DNA of 64,000 nucleotides, taken from NCBI GenBank assembly GCA_965207065.1, contig OZ242260.1, forward strand, positions 2,304,001 through 2,368,000. The letters run 5' to 3'. This DNA comes from a bacterium (lineage in GTDB: Bacteria > UBA8248). Below, one piece after another: positions 49,681-58,335 of the stretch (its first letter is position 1; every line of letters starts with the position of its first letter). Made by a program: the position numbers and the translations under genes. The notes beneath the pieces were generated by a model. It was given only the letters and a program-made list of their open reading frames with translations. It had not been told where the DNA came from and made no database searches.

Positions 49681-50753
49681 AGCGCAACCAAAAAGTGAAG
49701 GCCGCCATCCTGATCATACTCATGCTCGCGCACCTGCCGGTGAGCGATTCGCGCGCCGAAGACCCGAAGGCGGCGGCGCGCGCGATGGGCTCTGCGGGTC
49801 GAACGACGGCGGCGGCCGTGGCGAAGGACCCGGCTTCCGCGTCCAAAATCCCCGGCTACGCGGGAACGGACCTCAAAGAGCGCGACATCGGCGCCGCCGA
49901 TCTCGAAGACGCCGCGAACGATGCGCTCGCGGACTCCGACGACCCGGGCGGTCAGGCCGGACGCTACGTGACCAAGGGTGTGAGTACGCGGGATAAAGTC
50001 AAAATCAAAACCGATGACCCGGTGGTCGTGCGCGGGGAGGAGGTGCAGGAGGATCCTTCCGCACCGCGCTTCCAGGCTTCGGGCCTCGCGTCGGGGTCTG
50101 TATCGGACTGCGGTGCGGGACTCGCGCAGGCCGAATCGGGCGGCGCCTGCGGCTCGGTCTCCTGGTGCGTGGGGGCGGATTGCGAAACGAAACCCGTCCA
50201 GGCCAATACGGGGTTCGTCGATTCGGCGGCAAAACTCAACATGGTGATGGAACTCGGCGGCGATGAGTTCGACCGGGGGAATCTTCTCTTCTTCCGGGGA
50301 GAGCGGCGCGCGTGCCGGATACGCTGGGGCGGACTCGCCGATTGCTGCAAGGATTCGGGTCTGCTCATCGGCATCGGCAACTGCACGGAGTCGGAGCGTC
50401 TCCTCGCGCAGGAGCGCCATGCGGGCAACACGCACTACCTCGGAGTCAGGTGCGCGAAGCGGATCTTCGGCGTCTGTGTGCGGAAGGAGCGGGTCTGGTG
50501 CGTCTTCGGCTCGAAGCTCGGCCGCATCCTGCAGGAGGCGGCGCGGTCGCAGCTCGGCATCGGCTGGGGCAGCTGCCGGGGCTTCACGGTGGCGGAGATG
50601 GAGCGAATCGACTTCGAGGCCGTGGACTTGTCGGAATTCACTTCAAACCTCATGGACGGTGCGAGCGAACCCTCGATCACGCTTCCCGGAGCGGACGGGA
50701 CCGGTGAGGCGATGCGCGAGCGGATCGGCGAATTTTATGACAGGAACAAGTGA
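49677..50753 (+). CDS. traN: TraN mating-pair stabilisation protein (short form)
   Basis: Cys-rich C-terminus DCCKD, HYLGVRC, WCVFGSKLGRILQE, CRGFT, IDFEAVDLSEF. Confidence 0.85.
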   Translation: MKRNQKVKAAILIILMLAHLPVSDSRAEDPKAAARAMGSAGRTTAAAVAKDPASASKIPGYAGTDLKERDIGAADLEDAANDALADSDDPGGQAGRYVTKGVSTRDKVKIKTDDPVVVRGEEVQEDPSAPRFQASGLASGSVSDCGAGLAQAESGGACGSVSWCVGADCETKPVQANTGFVDSAAKLNMVMELGGDEFDRGNLLFFRGERRACRIRWGGLADCCKDSGLLIGIGNCTESERLLAQERHAGNTHYLGVRCAKRIFGVCVRKERVWCVFGSKLGRILQEAARSQLGIGWGSCRGFTVAEMERIDFEAVDLSEFTSNLMDGASEPSITLPGADGTGEAMRERIGEFYDRNK

Positions 50754-50762
50754 GGAATCGAC

Positions 50763-51548
50763 ATGAACAACGTATATGCAATGGGCTTCGCCTGTCTGCT
50801 CGCGCTCCTGACGGCCGTCTCCGCAGACGCCCGGGAGTGGCGCTCCTGGTGCGGCGCGGAAGCTCCCCTCGGCTGGCACTTCTACTGCGACCGTGATGAG
50901 AAGAAGGACGAGGAAACGCAGGCGGGGCAGACGCCTCCTCCAAGCTCCAAAGAGCGCATCCATTCTTTGCGCAAGGCGCTCGAAGATGCCCGGGCGCAGG
51001 CGATCCTGGAACCGACTCCTGAGAACGTCACGGCCTACCTCCGCCTGCAGCAAAGGGCGCTGCAATCCGCCGCCGCGTTCTCAGACGCCTTCAGGCGCGC
51101 GGTCTGGGCGAACCCGGGTCTGGACTACACGCTGAGACGCCCCGTGGGCGCGCTCGCCAAGAGGCTCTGGTCCGAGGAGCGCCGGGCGGAGCGCGACGCG
51201 GCGCTCGCACGTCTCGGGGAGCGCTACGGACTCATCTACCTGGGATCGGAAAAATGTCCGGCCTGCCGCGTATTCGGGCCATTGCTGCGCGCCTTCGCGC
51301 TTCGTCACGGGCTTGAGGTTCTCGCCGTCACGATGACGGGTGGAGCGCTCGAGGGCTGGCCGGAGGCGGTCGCAGATCAGGGCCGCGCCGAGCGCCTGGG
51401 CATCAAGGCCCCGGTGCTTCCTGCCCTCATCCTCTACGACACGAAGGCCAGGCGCGCGATGCCCGTCTCATACGGAGTGGTCGCCGAGGACCAGCTGGCC
51501 GAGCGCATCTTCGCCCTGACCGCAAGGGAGGTCGGCAGTGACTACTAG
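50763..51548 (+). CDS. traF: TraF (thioredoxin-like)
   Basis: GWHFYCD, AILEPTPENV, CPAC, PALIL. Confidence 0.9.
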   Translation: MNNVYAMGFACLLALLTAVSADAREWRSWCGAEAPLGWHFYCDRDEKKDEETQAGQTPPPSSKERIHSLRKALEDARAQAILEPTPENVTAYLRLQQRALQSAAAFSDAFRRAVWANPGLDYTLRRPVGALAKRLWSEERRAERDAALARLGERYGLIYLGSEKCPACRVFGPLLRAFALRHGLEVLAVTMTGGALEGWPEAVADQGRAERLGIKAPVLPALILYDTKARRAMPVSYGVVAEDQLAERIFALTAREVGSDY

Positions 51549-52950
51549 ACGGATTTTCATGCTGCTCATTCTGAGTGCAACACTCTTTTGTGTTGCCCCC
51601 GCCCGCGCGGACGTCCTGTCGGAGATGGAGAACTTCTGGCGGGGCGCCGCTGTGAACACCACCGGGCCCACCGCATTCGACGGCCAGGCATCCGGCCACT
51701 GGACGCTCGGGAACCTTTATTTGAGAGCGCCCGTGCGCTCCGAGTCGATCGCGACGGTGAGCCTGCCTTCTTACCGCGCCGGCTGCGGGGGCATCGACGC
51801 GTTCGCGGGAGCGTTTTCCTTCATCGATTCGGACCAGATGATCGCCTTCGCGCGCGCCGTGGCGCAGAACGCGGCGGGCTTCGCCTTCGAACTCGCGCTC
51901 GAGACCATCTCGCCCGTGATCGCCGAGACGATGTCGAAGCTGAGAGCGCTCGCCCAGTGGGTGAACAACCAGAACGTAAACTCCTGCGAGACCGCCCAGG
52001 CTCTCGTCGGCGCGGTGTGGTCCAAGAACGACCGCGCGAGTGCGGCGATCTGCGCCGCGATCGGGACGCGGCAGGGGATTTTTTCGGACTACGCCGCCGC
52101 GCGCCACGGCTGCGGCGCGGACGGGAAACGCAATTCGACCCTGGCCGCGGCATCGGGGCCGCTCAGGGAACAGACGCCGGTCAACGTGAACTACGCCTGG
52201 CGCGCCGTTCAGGCCTCGGGCTTCCTGGCATCCGACCGCGATTTAGGGGAATTTGCCATGTCGGTCGCAGGATCGATCATCGTGACCGCCCCGGTCACAG
52301 ACGCCGATTCTTCCGGTCCCCGGGTGCGCGTGCTCGAACCCCTGGCGCTCGATCGCCGCGTGACCGAGGTCCTGATGGAAGGGGGCGGCGACCTGCCGGT
52401 CTACCGGTGCGACACTCCCGCCGAGTGTCTCAACCCCACGCTCGGACGCCTCACGGTGCCCGCGGCGCGGGGTTTCAGGAACCGGGTCGCGGAACTGCTC
52501 CGCCGCCTCGTCGACGCGGTGCGGACGGACACGGCGCCGCCGCCGGACGCCCTGGGACTCGTGAACTTAACCACCTTGCCCGTCTACCGGCTCGTGAACG
52601 CGGCCGCCGCCTACCGCGGCGCAGTGGTGGAGCAGGAGGTGGAAACACTCGCCGAAGCCGTGGCGCTCGACGTGCTCCAGGTATGGATATCGGACCTTCA
52701 CCGCGCGATCGAGGAGCGAGCGGGCTCGATGGACGTCGCGGACGGCGAGCGTCTCACGCGCTGGCGCGAGGGTTTGAGAAGAAACCGAACCGCCCTCGCT
52801 CGCCACCGAAACGAGGGTCTGAAACGCTTCAACACCGCTCTCGCCGTGGTCGAGAAACTCCGTCTCATCGAGACCGAACTCGCAGGCGCTCTCTCGGCCG
52901 ATCTGCGCGCTGCGCTCGCTTTCTCGCGCGGTGCCGGGGCCTCGAGATAG
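51538..52950 (+). CDS. traH: TraH
   Basis: PSYRAGCGGIDAFAGAFSFI, NVNSCETAQ. Confidence 0.93.
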   Translation: MTTRRIFMLLILSATLFCVAPARADVLSEMENFWRGAAVNTTGPTAFDGQASGHWTLGNLYLRAPVRSESIATVSLPSYRAGCGGIDAFAGAFSFIDSDQMIAFARAVAQNAAGFAFELALETISPVIAETMSKLRALAQWVNNQNVNSCETAQALVGAVWSKNDRASAAICAAIGTRQGIFSDYAAARHGCGADGKRNSTLAAASGPLREQTPVNVNYAWRAVQASGFLASDRDLGEFAMSVAGSIIVTAPVTDADSSGPRVRVLEPLALDRRVTEVLMEGGGDLPVYRCDTPAECLNPTLGRLTVPAARGFRNRVAELLRRLVDAVRTDTAPPPDALGLVNLTTLPVYRLVNAAAAYRGAVVEQEVETLAEAVALDVLQVWISDLHRAIEERAGSMDVADGERLTRWREGLRRNRTALARHRNEGLKRFNTALAVVEKLRLIETELAGALSADLRAALAFSRGAGASR

Positions 52951-52971
52951 TGACGCAGAAAGAGACAACCC

Positions 52972-55899
52972 ATGTATGAAATCTTCACCCTGGGAGGCGG
53001 GACCTACCTGGTCGACCTCCTGAACGCCGTTGCCGCCATCACGGGCGGGGGCGCCTTCGTCATGCTGGCGCAGATCGCGGGGATCACGGGACTCGCCTGG
53101 GCGCTCTTCCGCACCGCTTTCGGCGGGTCGTGGAAGGACAACGCCAAATGGTTGCTGCTCTTCGTCTGTGTGTGGGGCGCGCTGGTGGTCCCGAAGGGAA
53201 CGGTGCGCGTGGTGGACAGGCTGGACCCCGCGCTCGCGCCGGCGGTCGTTGCGAACGTGCCGCTGGGTCTCGCGCTGTTCGCCTCGCTCACGAGCCGGGT
53301 GGGAGACGGGTTAACGCGCCTCACCGAACAGGCCTTCTCGCTTCCGAACGATTTGGCTTACCGCCGACACGGGCTCATCTTCGGCGCGAGGCTCGCCGCC
53401 GCAACGACCCGGATGGAGGTGACCGACGCCGTCTTTGCCCGGAATCTCAGGGCCTACGCCCGGCAGTGCGTGTTCCACGCCCTGCTTTTGGGCCACATAT
53501 CGGCGGACGACCTGCGCGAGAGCACGGACCTCTGGGCGCTCGTCACGGCTTCGGGATCGCCCTCCGCCGGCGCCTCGCCCGCGCGCATGGTGGAATACGT
53601 CACCCGTGGCGCGGCCTCGGGGACGGGCGCCACGACGCTGGACCGCGCGATTGTGACCTGCTCGGCCGCCGCCTCTCGCCTTGACGCCCTCTGGGGGGCG
53701 GAGATAACGCGCGCCTCGGGCATATTCGGGATGAGGCTCTTCCCGGGGGTCGCGAGCGAGGCGCTCGCGCGGGCGGAACTCATGGCGGCGCTTCCCGCCG
53801 CGCACGATTTCCTGATCGGGGCGTCGCGCTCAGCCGCCGAGGCGCTTCGCCAGCAGATGGTGCTGAACGCCGTACACGACGCGGGCGAGCAGTGGAGCGC
53901 CGAAGCCGGAAATGCCGCGGCGCTGAGGTCCTATACCGAGGCCCGCGCCCAGGCCCAGACCGTATCGGCCTACCGGGCGATCGGAAGACAGGCGGAGACC
54001 TGGGTGCCGATGCTGCGGATCGTCTTCGAGTGCCTCTACATCGGCGCGTTCCCGATGGCGGTCCTGTTGATGCTCACCCCTGCGGGCGGCGCGATATTCC
54101 GCTCCTACTTCTCGGGTCTGGTGTGGCTGCAGAGCTGGGGTCCGCTCTACGCGATCCTGCACCGGGTCGCGATGGGAGAAGCCGCGCAGCGCATGAGCGC
54201 GGCAGCGCTCATGCCGGGCGGGGACGTCGGCGTTTCGCTCGTGGCCCAGGCGGGTATCCGGGCCGTGACTTCGGATGTGGCCGTGATGTCGGGCTACCTC
54301 TCGATGTCGGTGCCCTTTCTCGCCGCGGCCTTGGCCTACGGTGTCGGCCGCGCGACCTCGCTCGCCACTTCGGTCCTCTCGGTCGGACAGGACGCGGCCT
54401 CGTCCGCTGCCCAGGAAGGCACAACGGGCAACATTTCATTGGGAAACACGAGCGCGGACACGCACCGCTTCGCCTCCGTCGAGGGTCACCAGGTCAGGAC
54501 CTCCGCGCAGGTGGACACAGGGAGGTACACCGGCTTCGCTCCCGGCGGCGCGGCCTACACCGTGACCGGCGAGGGCGCCGCCGTGATGGACGCGAGTTCC
54601 GCCACTAGCCGGGTGCCTGCGGCGGGCGTCAGGCTCTCGGAATCCCTGGCGCAGAGCCATGAAGTCCGTGCAGGCGCAGCGGTCGAGCAGGCCCGTCACT
54701 TCTCGGCCGAGGCGGCCGCAGCCAGGACGGCCGCCGCGACGGATTCCGCCGCCATGGTCGAGCGGTTCTCTCATGACGTGCGAAGCGGCGTCACCCACGC
54801 GCGGGGTGTCACGGAGAGCGAGAACGCGGGCGCGCAGCGTCTGGAATCCCATATCGAGAAACTCTCACAGGCCGGCGGGATCACGAAGGATCAAGCCGCA
54901 AGTCTCGCGAGCGAGGCCAGGGTGGGAGGCGGATTCGATTTCATTGTCAGGATAGGCGCTAACGGCTCTGCGAGCTGGCGCGGACAGACGTTCTCGCGCG
55001 AGGCCTGGAACCGGATGACGGACTACGCGGGACAAAGCGGATTATTGGACCTCTGGTCGCGCGTGGCGGACGCTTCCAAGCGCTACGCGAGCGCAACCGG
55101 CGAGAGCGAGATGAAGAGCCTGGAGGAGAGTATGGGCGCCAATCTCACGCGCATGCGGCGCTTCAGCGAGCAGGAGGCGGTGAGCAGGCGCGAGGCTGAA
55201 AACTGGAGCACGCAGGCGGCCGAGGTGCGCGCGAACGCGCGATCGATAGAGAGCGAACTCGGACAGCCCTTCTTCGCGTGGCTGACGACGCGGGTGGGCG
55301 CGGACGGGCGCGAGATAGGCGCCGCGGGCGCGATGCGCCTGGCATCTCCTCAGACGACCGAAGACGCGGAAGTGCTGCGCGCCCATGCCGCCGCCTTCAT
55401 CGCCGAGCGTTATCCGGCGGGCGGAGGGGTTGAACCGGCGCCGGTTCGAGCAGAATTCGATCATGCGAGGGCAGGATTGCGCGAAGCGGACGGGACGGAC
55501 GCGGCGTGGAATGACTGGTCGAGGTCGGTGCGCGAAAGGGCGAGCGGCGAAGGCGCGCCCAGGCCGGGCGGCGCCGGTGAACGGGCCGCGCGCGGACGCG
55601 CGGAGATCGAGACCGAACTCGACATCCGCGAAGCTGGCCGGGCGGCCCGCAGGGGAGTGACGGGGGAGCGAATCGGGGAGGGGCGTCCTGAAATCGCCGC
55701 GGAGACCAAGAAGCCCTTCTCGGAACACGTCGTGGAGGACTTGCCCGTCGTCGGCGATTGGCTGGGGGGCAAACTCTACGGCACCGCGCGGAACGCGGCG
55801 CCCGGGGGGGATGAGAAGAAAGCCGTGTCCGAACGGGAGAGGAAGAAAGAAAGCGGAGGCGGGAGCGGGTTTTCAGGCGATCAGGTGATGGGGCCGTGA
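52972..55899 (+). CDS. traG: TraG mating-pair stabilisation protein
   Basis: MYEIFTLGGG, VANVPLGLA, WLQSWGPLYAIL, GYLSMSVP; long Ala/Ser-rich C-terminus. Confidence 0.92.
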   Translation: MYEIFTLGGGTYLVDLLNAVAAITGGGAFVMLAQIAGITGLAWALFRTAFGGSWKDNAKWLLLFVCVWGALVVPKGTVRVVDRLDPALAPAVVANVPLGLALFASLTSRVGDGLTRLTEQAFSLPNDLAYRRHGLIFGARLAAATTRMEVTDAVFARNLRAYARQCVFHALLLGHISADDLRESTDLWALVTASGSPSAGASPARMVEYVTRGAASGTGATTLDRAIVTCSAAASRLDALWGAEITRASGIFGMRLFPGVASEALARAELMAALPAAHDFLIGASRSAAEALRQQMVLNAVHDAGEQWSAEAGNAAALRSYTEARAQAQTVSAYRAIGRQAETWVPMLRIVFECLYIGAFPMAVLLMLTPAGGAIFRSYFSGLVWLQSWGPLYAILHRVAMGEAAQRMSAAALMPGGDVGVSLVAQAGIRAVTSDVAVMSGYLSMSVPFLAAALAYGVGRATSLATSVLSVGQDAASSAAQEGTTGNISLGNTSADTHRFASVEGHQVRTSAQVDTGRYTGFAPGGAAYTVTGEGAAVMDASSATSRVPAAGVRLSESLAQSHEVRAGAAVEQARHFSAEAAAARTAAATDSAAMVERFSHDVRSGVTHARGVTESENAGAQRLESHIEKLSQAGGITKDQAASLASEARVGGGFDFIVRIGANGSASWRGQTFSREAWNRMTDYAGQSGLLDLWSRVADASKRYASATGESEMKSLEESMGANLTRMRRFSEQEAVSRREAENWSTQAAEVRANARSIESELGQPFFAWLTTRVGADGREIGAAGAMRLASPQTTEDAEVLRAHAAAFIAERYPAGGGVEPAPVRAEFDHARAGLREADGTDAAWNDWSRSVRERASGEGAPRPGGAGERAARGRAEIETELDIREAGRAARRGVTGERIGEGRPEIAAETKKPFSEHVVEDLPVVGDWLGGKLYGTARNAAPGGDEKKAVSERERKKESGGGSGFSGDQVMGP

Positions 55900-56228
55900 C
55901 CGAAGGGACCATCGTCATCGTAAAGCCCTCCCTCCTCGTAATCACGGCGCCAGGCGTAACGGCCCGTCCGCGTCGACCAGTCGAAGTGCTCGTCGTCTCT
56001 TTCGGGGAGCGTGTAGCCGGTGAAGACGGAACGATCCCCCTGGAACGCCCGCCACAGGGCGCCGGCAAGCGCCGTGAGAAAACTCCAGATCACGGCCCAG
56101 AACCAGGCGGCGAACAGCAGGCTCGCGCCGCTCCCGGACGCGAGGACGCAGAGGGTGAAGAGAAAAGCGATTGCGGGTCCGGCGAGGACCAGACAATGGG
56201 CCAAAGCGGATGGTTTCTGGTTTTTCAT
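55881..56228 (-). CDS. Small inner-membrane protein, candidate entry-exclusion factor
   Basis: Two TM segments plus acidic tail; RBS GAGGAG; convergent with and overlapping the traG 3' end. Confidence 0.55.
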   Translation of the reverse strand: MKNQKPSALAHCLVLAGPAIAFLFTLCVLASGSGASLLFAAWFWAVIWSFLTALAGALWRAFQGDRSVFTGYTLPERDDEHFDWSTRTGRYAWRRDYEEGGLYDDDGPFGHGPIT

Positions 56229-56393
56229 GGATGGCTCCTCATGAATTGTAATTCAACGGAAGTCGGGGCCACGGACTCTCCCGGGACCCCGCTCTTTCGC
56301 CCCCGCCCCACCCTCCTCGACCTCCGTGCGGCGCATCGCGGGCCGGAACCACCCGAAACACTTTTGCTCATAAAACCTGAACGGGAGGACAAT

Positions 56394-58334
56394 ATGACCA
56401 TCGGAAACGCCACCCTTCGCGGCGGCCAGACGCTGCTTCACGACGCCCGCATGTGGGGCCAACTCGCGCGCTGGGGCGTCGTGGGACTCGTACTCGCCAT
56501 CGTCCTGACCCCTGCGGTGAGTCTCTTCACGACGACGAGCGCGCACGAATGGCGCGTCGTGGGACTCGGGACACTCGCCGAGGCCAAGCTCGCCATCGGC
56601 TATTCTCCCGATTCGGGCCAGGTCTACGAGTGGGGAGAAGGCGTGCAGGTGATCGAATCCATCTCCCTGATCGCGTCCGACCCCAGGATCGAGCGCATCA
56701 GGAGGCGGTTTCTCGCTACCATTCATACGAAAGCGTGGCTGGGCCTCTGGCTGGGGCTCTCGTGCGTGGCCGCATTCATCGTCACCTTCTGGCTGCTGGG
56801 CAGGCGCATGGCGCGCGCGAGGCGGATCCGGGGCGCCGAGATGACCACGGCGCAGGCGCTCGCAAGACGCGTTACGCCTTTCTTCTCCCGCCTGACGGGA
56901 GGATTCTTCCCGACCGCGCGCGGGTCCACGCCCCGTATCGCGGGTGTCCCCTGGCCCGAGCGGGCAGAAACCCAGCACACCATCGTCTCGGGCACCACGG
57001 GTTCGGGGAAGACCGTCCTGATCTCGGACCTGGTATCCCAGATTCGCGAACGGGGGGAGCGCTGCATCCTCTACGACAAGATGGGAAGCTACACGCGTGC
57101 GTTCTTCGACCCCGCCCGCGACGTGCTCATGAATCCCCTGGACGCCCGGGCGCCGCGGTGGTCGCCCTTCCTGGAAGCCAGGACGCCCAGGGACTTCGAC
57201 ACGATGGCGGCGGCGCTCATCCCCCAGCAGAAGGACACGGTGGACCCCTTCTGGGTGACGGCCGCGCGGCAGCTGTTCGCGAACGGCGCGGGCGTCCTCT
57301 GGAAGCGCGGCGTGACGGAGAACAGCGTACTCGTAAAACACCTGCTCAAGACGGAGTTGACTGCCCTCGCAGAGGCCATGGAGGGCACGGTGGCGCAGTC
57401 CATCGTGGACCCCGAAAACCCCAAGACCGCGCTCTCGGTGCGCGCCATGCTGACCGCGCACCTGGGCGCGCTCGAGTGCCTGCCCGACTCAGGAAAACCG
57501 TTTTCGATAAGGGAGTGGGTGGAGCGGGAGGACGAGGCGGGCTTCCTGTTCCTGACCTCGCGCGGGGACCAGCATGCGAGCCTCCGGGGCCTCATATCGA
57601 CCTGGCTCGAGATCGCCGTGAACGCGCTCTTATCCCTCGCGCAGGACGATGGGCGCAGGATTTGGATCGTGCTCGATGAGCTTCCCACCCTCCACCAGGT
57701 TCCGAGCTTACAACCCGGTCTCGCCGAATCGCGCCAGTTCGGGGGGTGTTTCGTACTGGGGATCCAGGTGATCTCGGCGCTCCGCGATCTCTACGGGCGA
57801 AACGGCGCCGAGACCGTGTCGGGTCTCTGCGGCACCCGGGTGGTGCTGGCAGCGCCCGACCAGGAGACGGCGCGCTGGTCGGCAGAGAGCCTGGGGAGAG
57901 GCGAGGTCACCGAATACGCGGAGGGTCTCAGCTACGGCGCCAGCGCGATGCGCGACGGTGTATCACTCACCCAGCGCCGGGAGATGCGGCCACTGGCGCT
58001 GCCTTCCGAGATCATGCGCCTCGAAAACCTCGACGGCTACCTCAAGTTCCCGGGTCCCTGGCCCGTGGCGCAAATCCGGCTCGACTATGTGAAAAGGCCC
58101 AAGGCGGCCGAGAGTTTCATCCCGAGAGAGGGTGTGACGCTTCCCGATCCGAAGGAAGACGCGGGAACCGAAGCGCCGGAAACCGTGAACGCTCCCTCCG
58201 ATGAGGAGACTGCTCCGTCCGGTGGTCACGAAACAGACCCTGAAAGCGGCTCTGCTCCTCCCCTGCCGGAAAACAGCGGAAACGACACGCCCGGCTCCGG
58301 GGAGCCGCAAGGCTATCGCCTGAGGAGCTACTGA
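56394..58334 (+). CDS. traD: Type IV coupling protein TraD
   Basis: Two N-terminal TMs; GTTGSGKT, YDKMG, DPFW, LDELPTL, ESRQFGGC; RBS GGGAGG before ATG 56394. Confidence 0.93.
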   Translation: MTIGNATLRGGQTLLHDARMWGQLARWGVVGLVLAIVLTPAVSLFTTTSAHEWRVVGLGTLAEAKLAIGYSPDSGQVYEWGEGVQVIESISLIASDPRIERIRRRFLATIHTKAWLGLWLGLSCVAAFIVTFWLLGRRMARARRIRGAEMTTAQALARRVTPFFSRLTGGFFPTARGSTPRIAGVPWPERAETQHTIVSGTTGSGKTVLISDLVSQIRERGERCILYDKMGSYTRAFFDPARDVLMNPLDARAPRWSPFLEARTPRDFDTMAAALIPQQKDTVDPFWVTAARQLFANGAGVLWKRGVTENSVLVKHLLKTELTALAEAMEGTVAQSIVDPENPKTALSVRAMLTAHLGALECLPDSGKPFSIREWVEREDEAGFLFLTSRGDQHASLRGLISTWLEIAVNALLSLAQDDGRRIWIVLDELPTLHQVPSLQPGLAESRQFGGCFVLGIQVISALRDLYGRNGAETVSGLCGTRVVLAAPDQETARWSAESLGRGEVTEYAEGLSYGASAMRDGVSLTQRREMRPLALPSEIMRLENLDGYLKFPGPWPVAQIRLDYVKRPKAAESFIPREGVTLPDPKEDAGTEAPETVNAPSDEETAPSGGHETDPESGSAPPLPENSGNDTPGSGEPQGYRLRSY

Positions 58335-58335
58335 A

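Noticed and set aside
55896-56393. N-terminal extension of TraD
   Set aside because: Antisense to the small membrane gene; a good RBS and ATG occur at 56394.
56229-56393. oriT upstream of traD/traI
   Set aside because: No MOB-F nic-like motif seen; the 15862 site fits much better.
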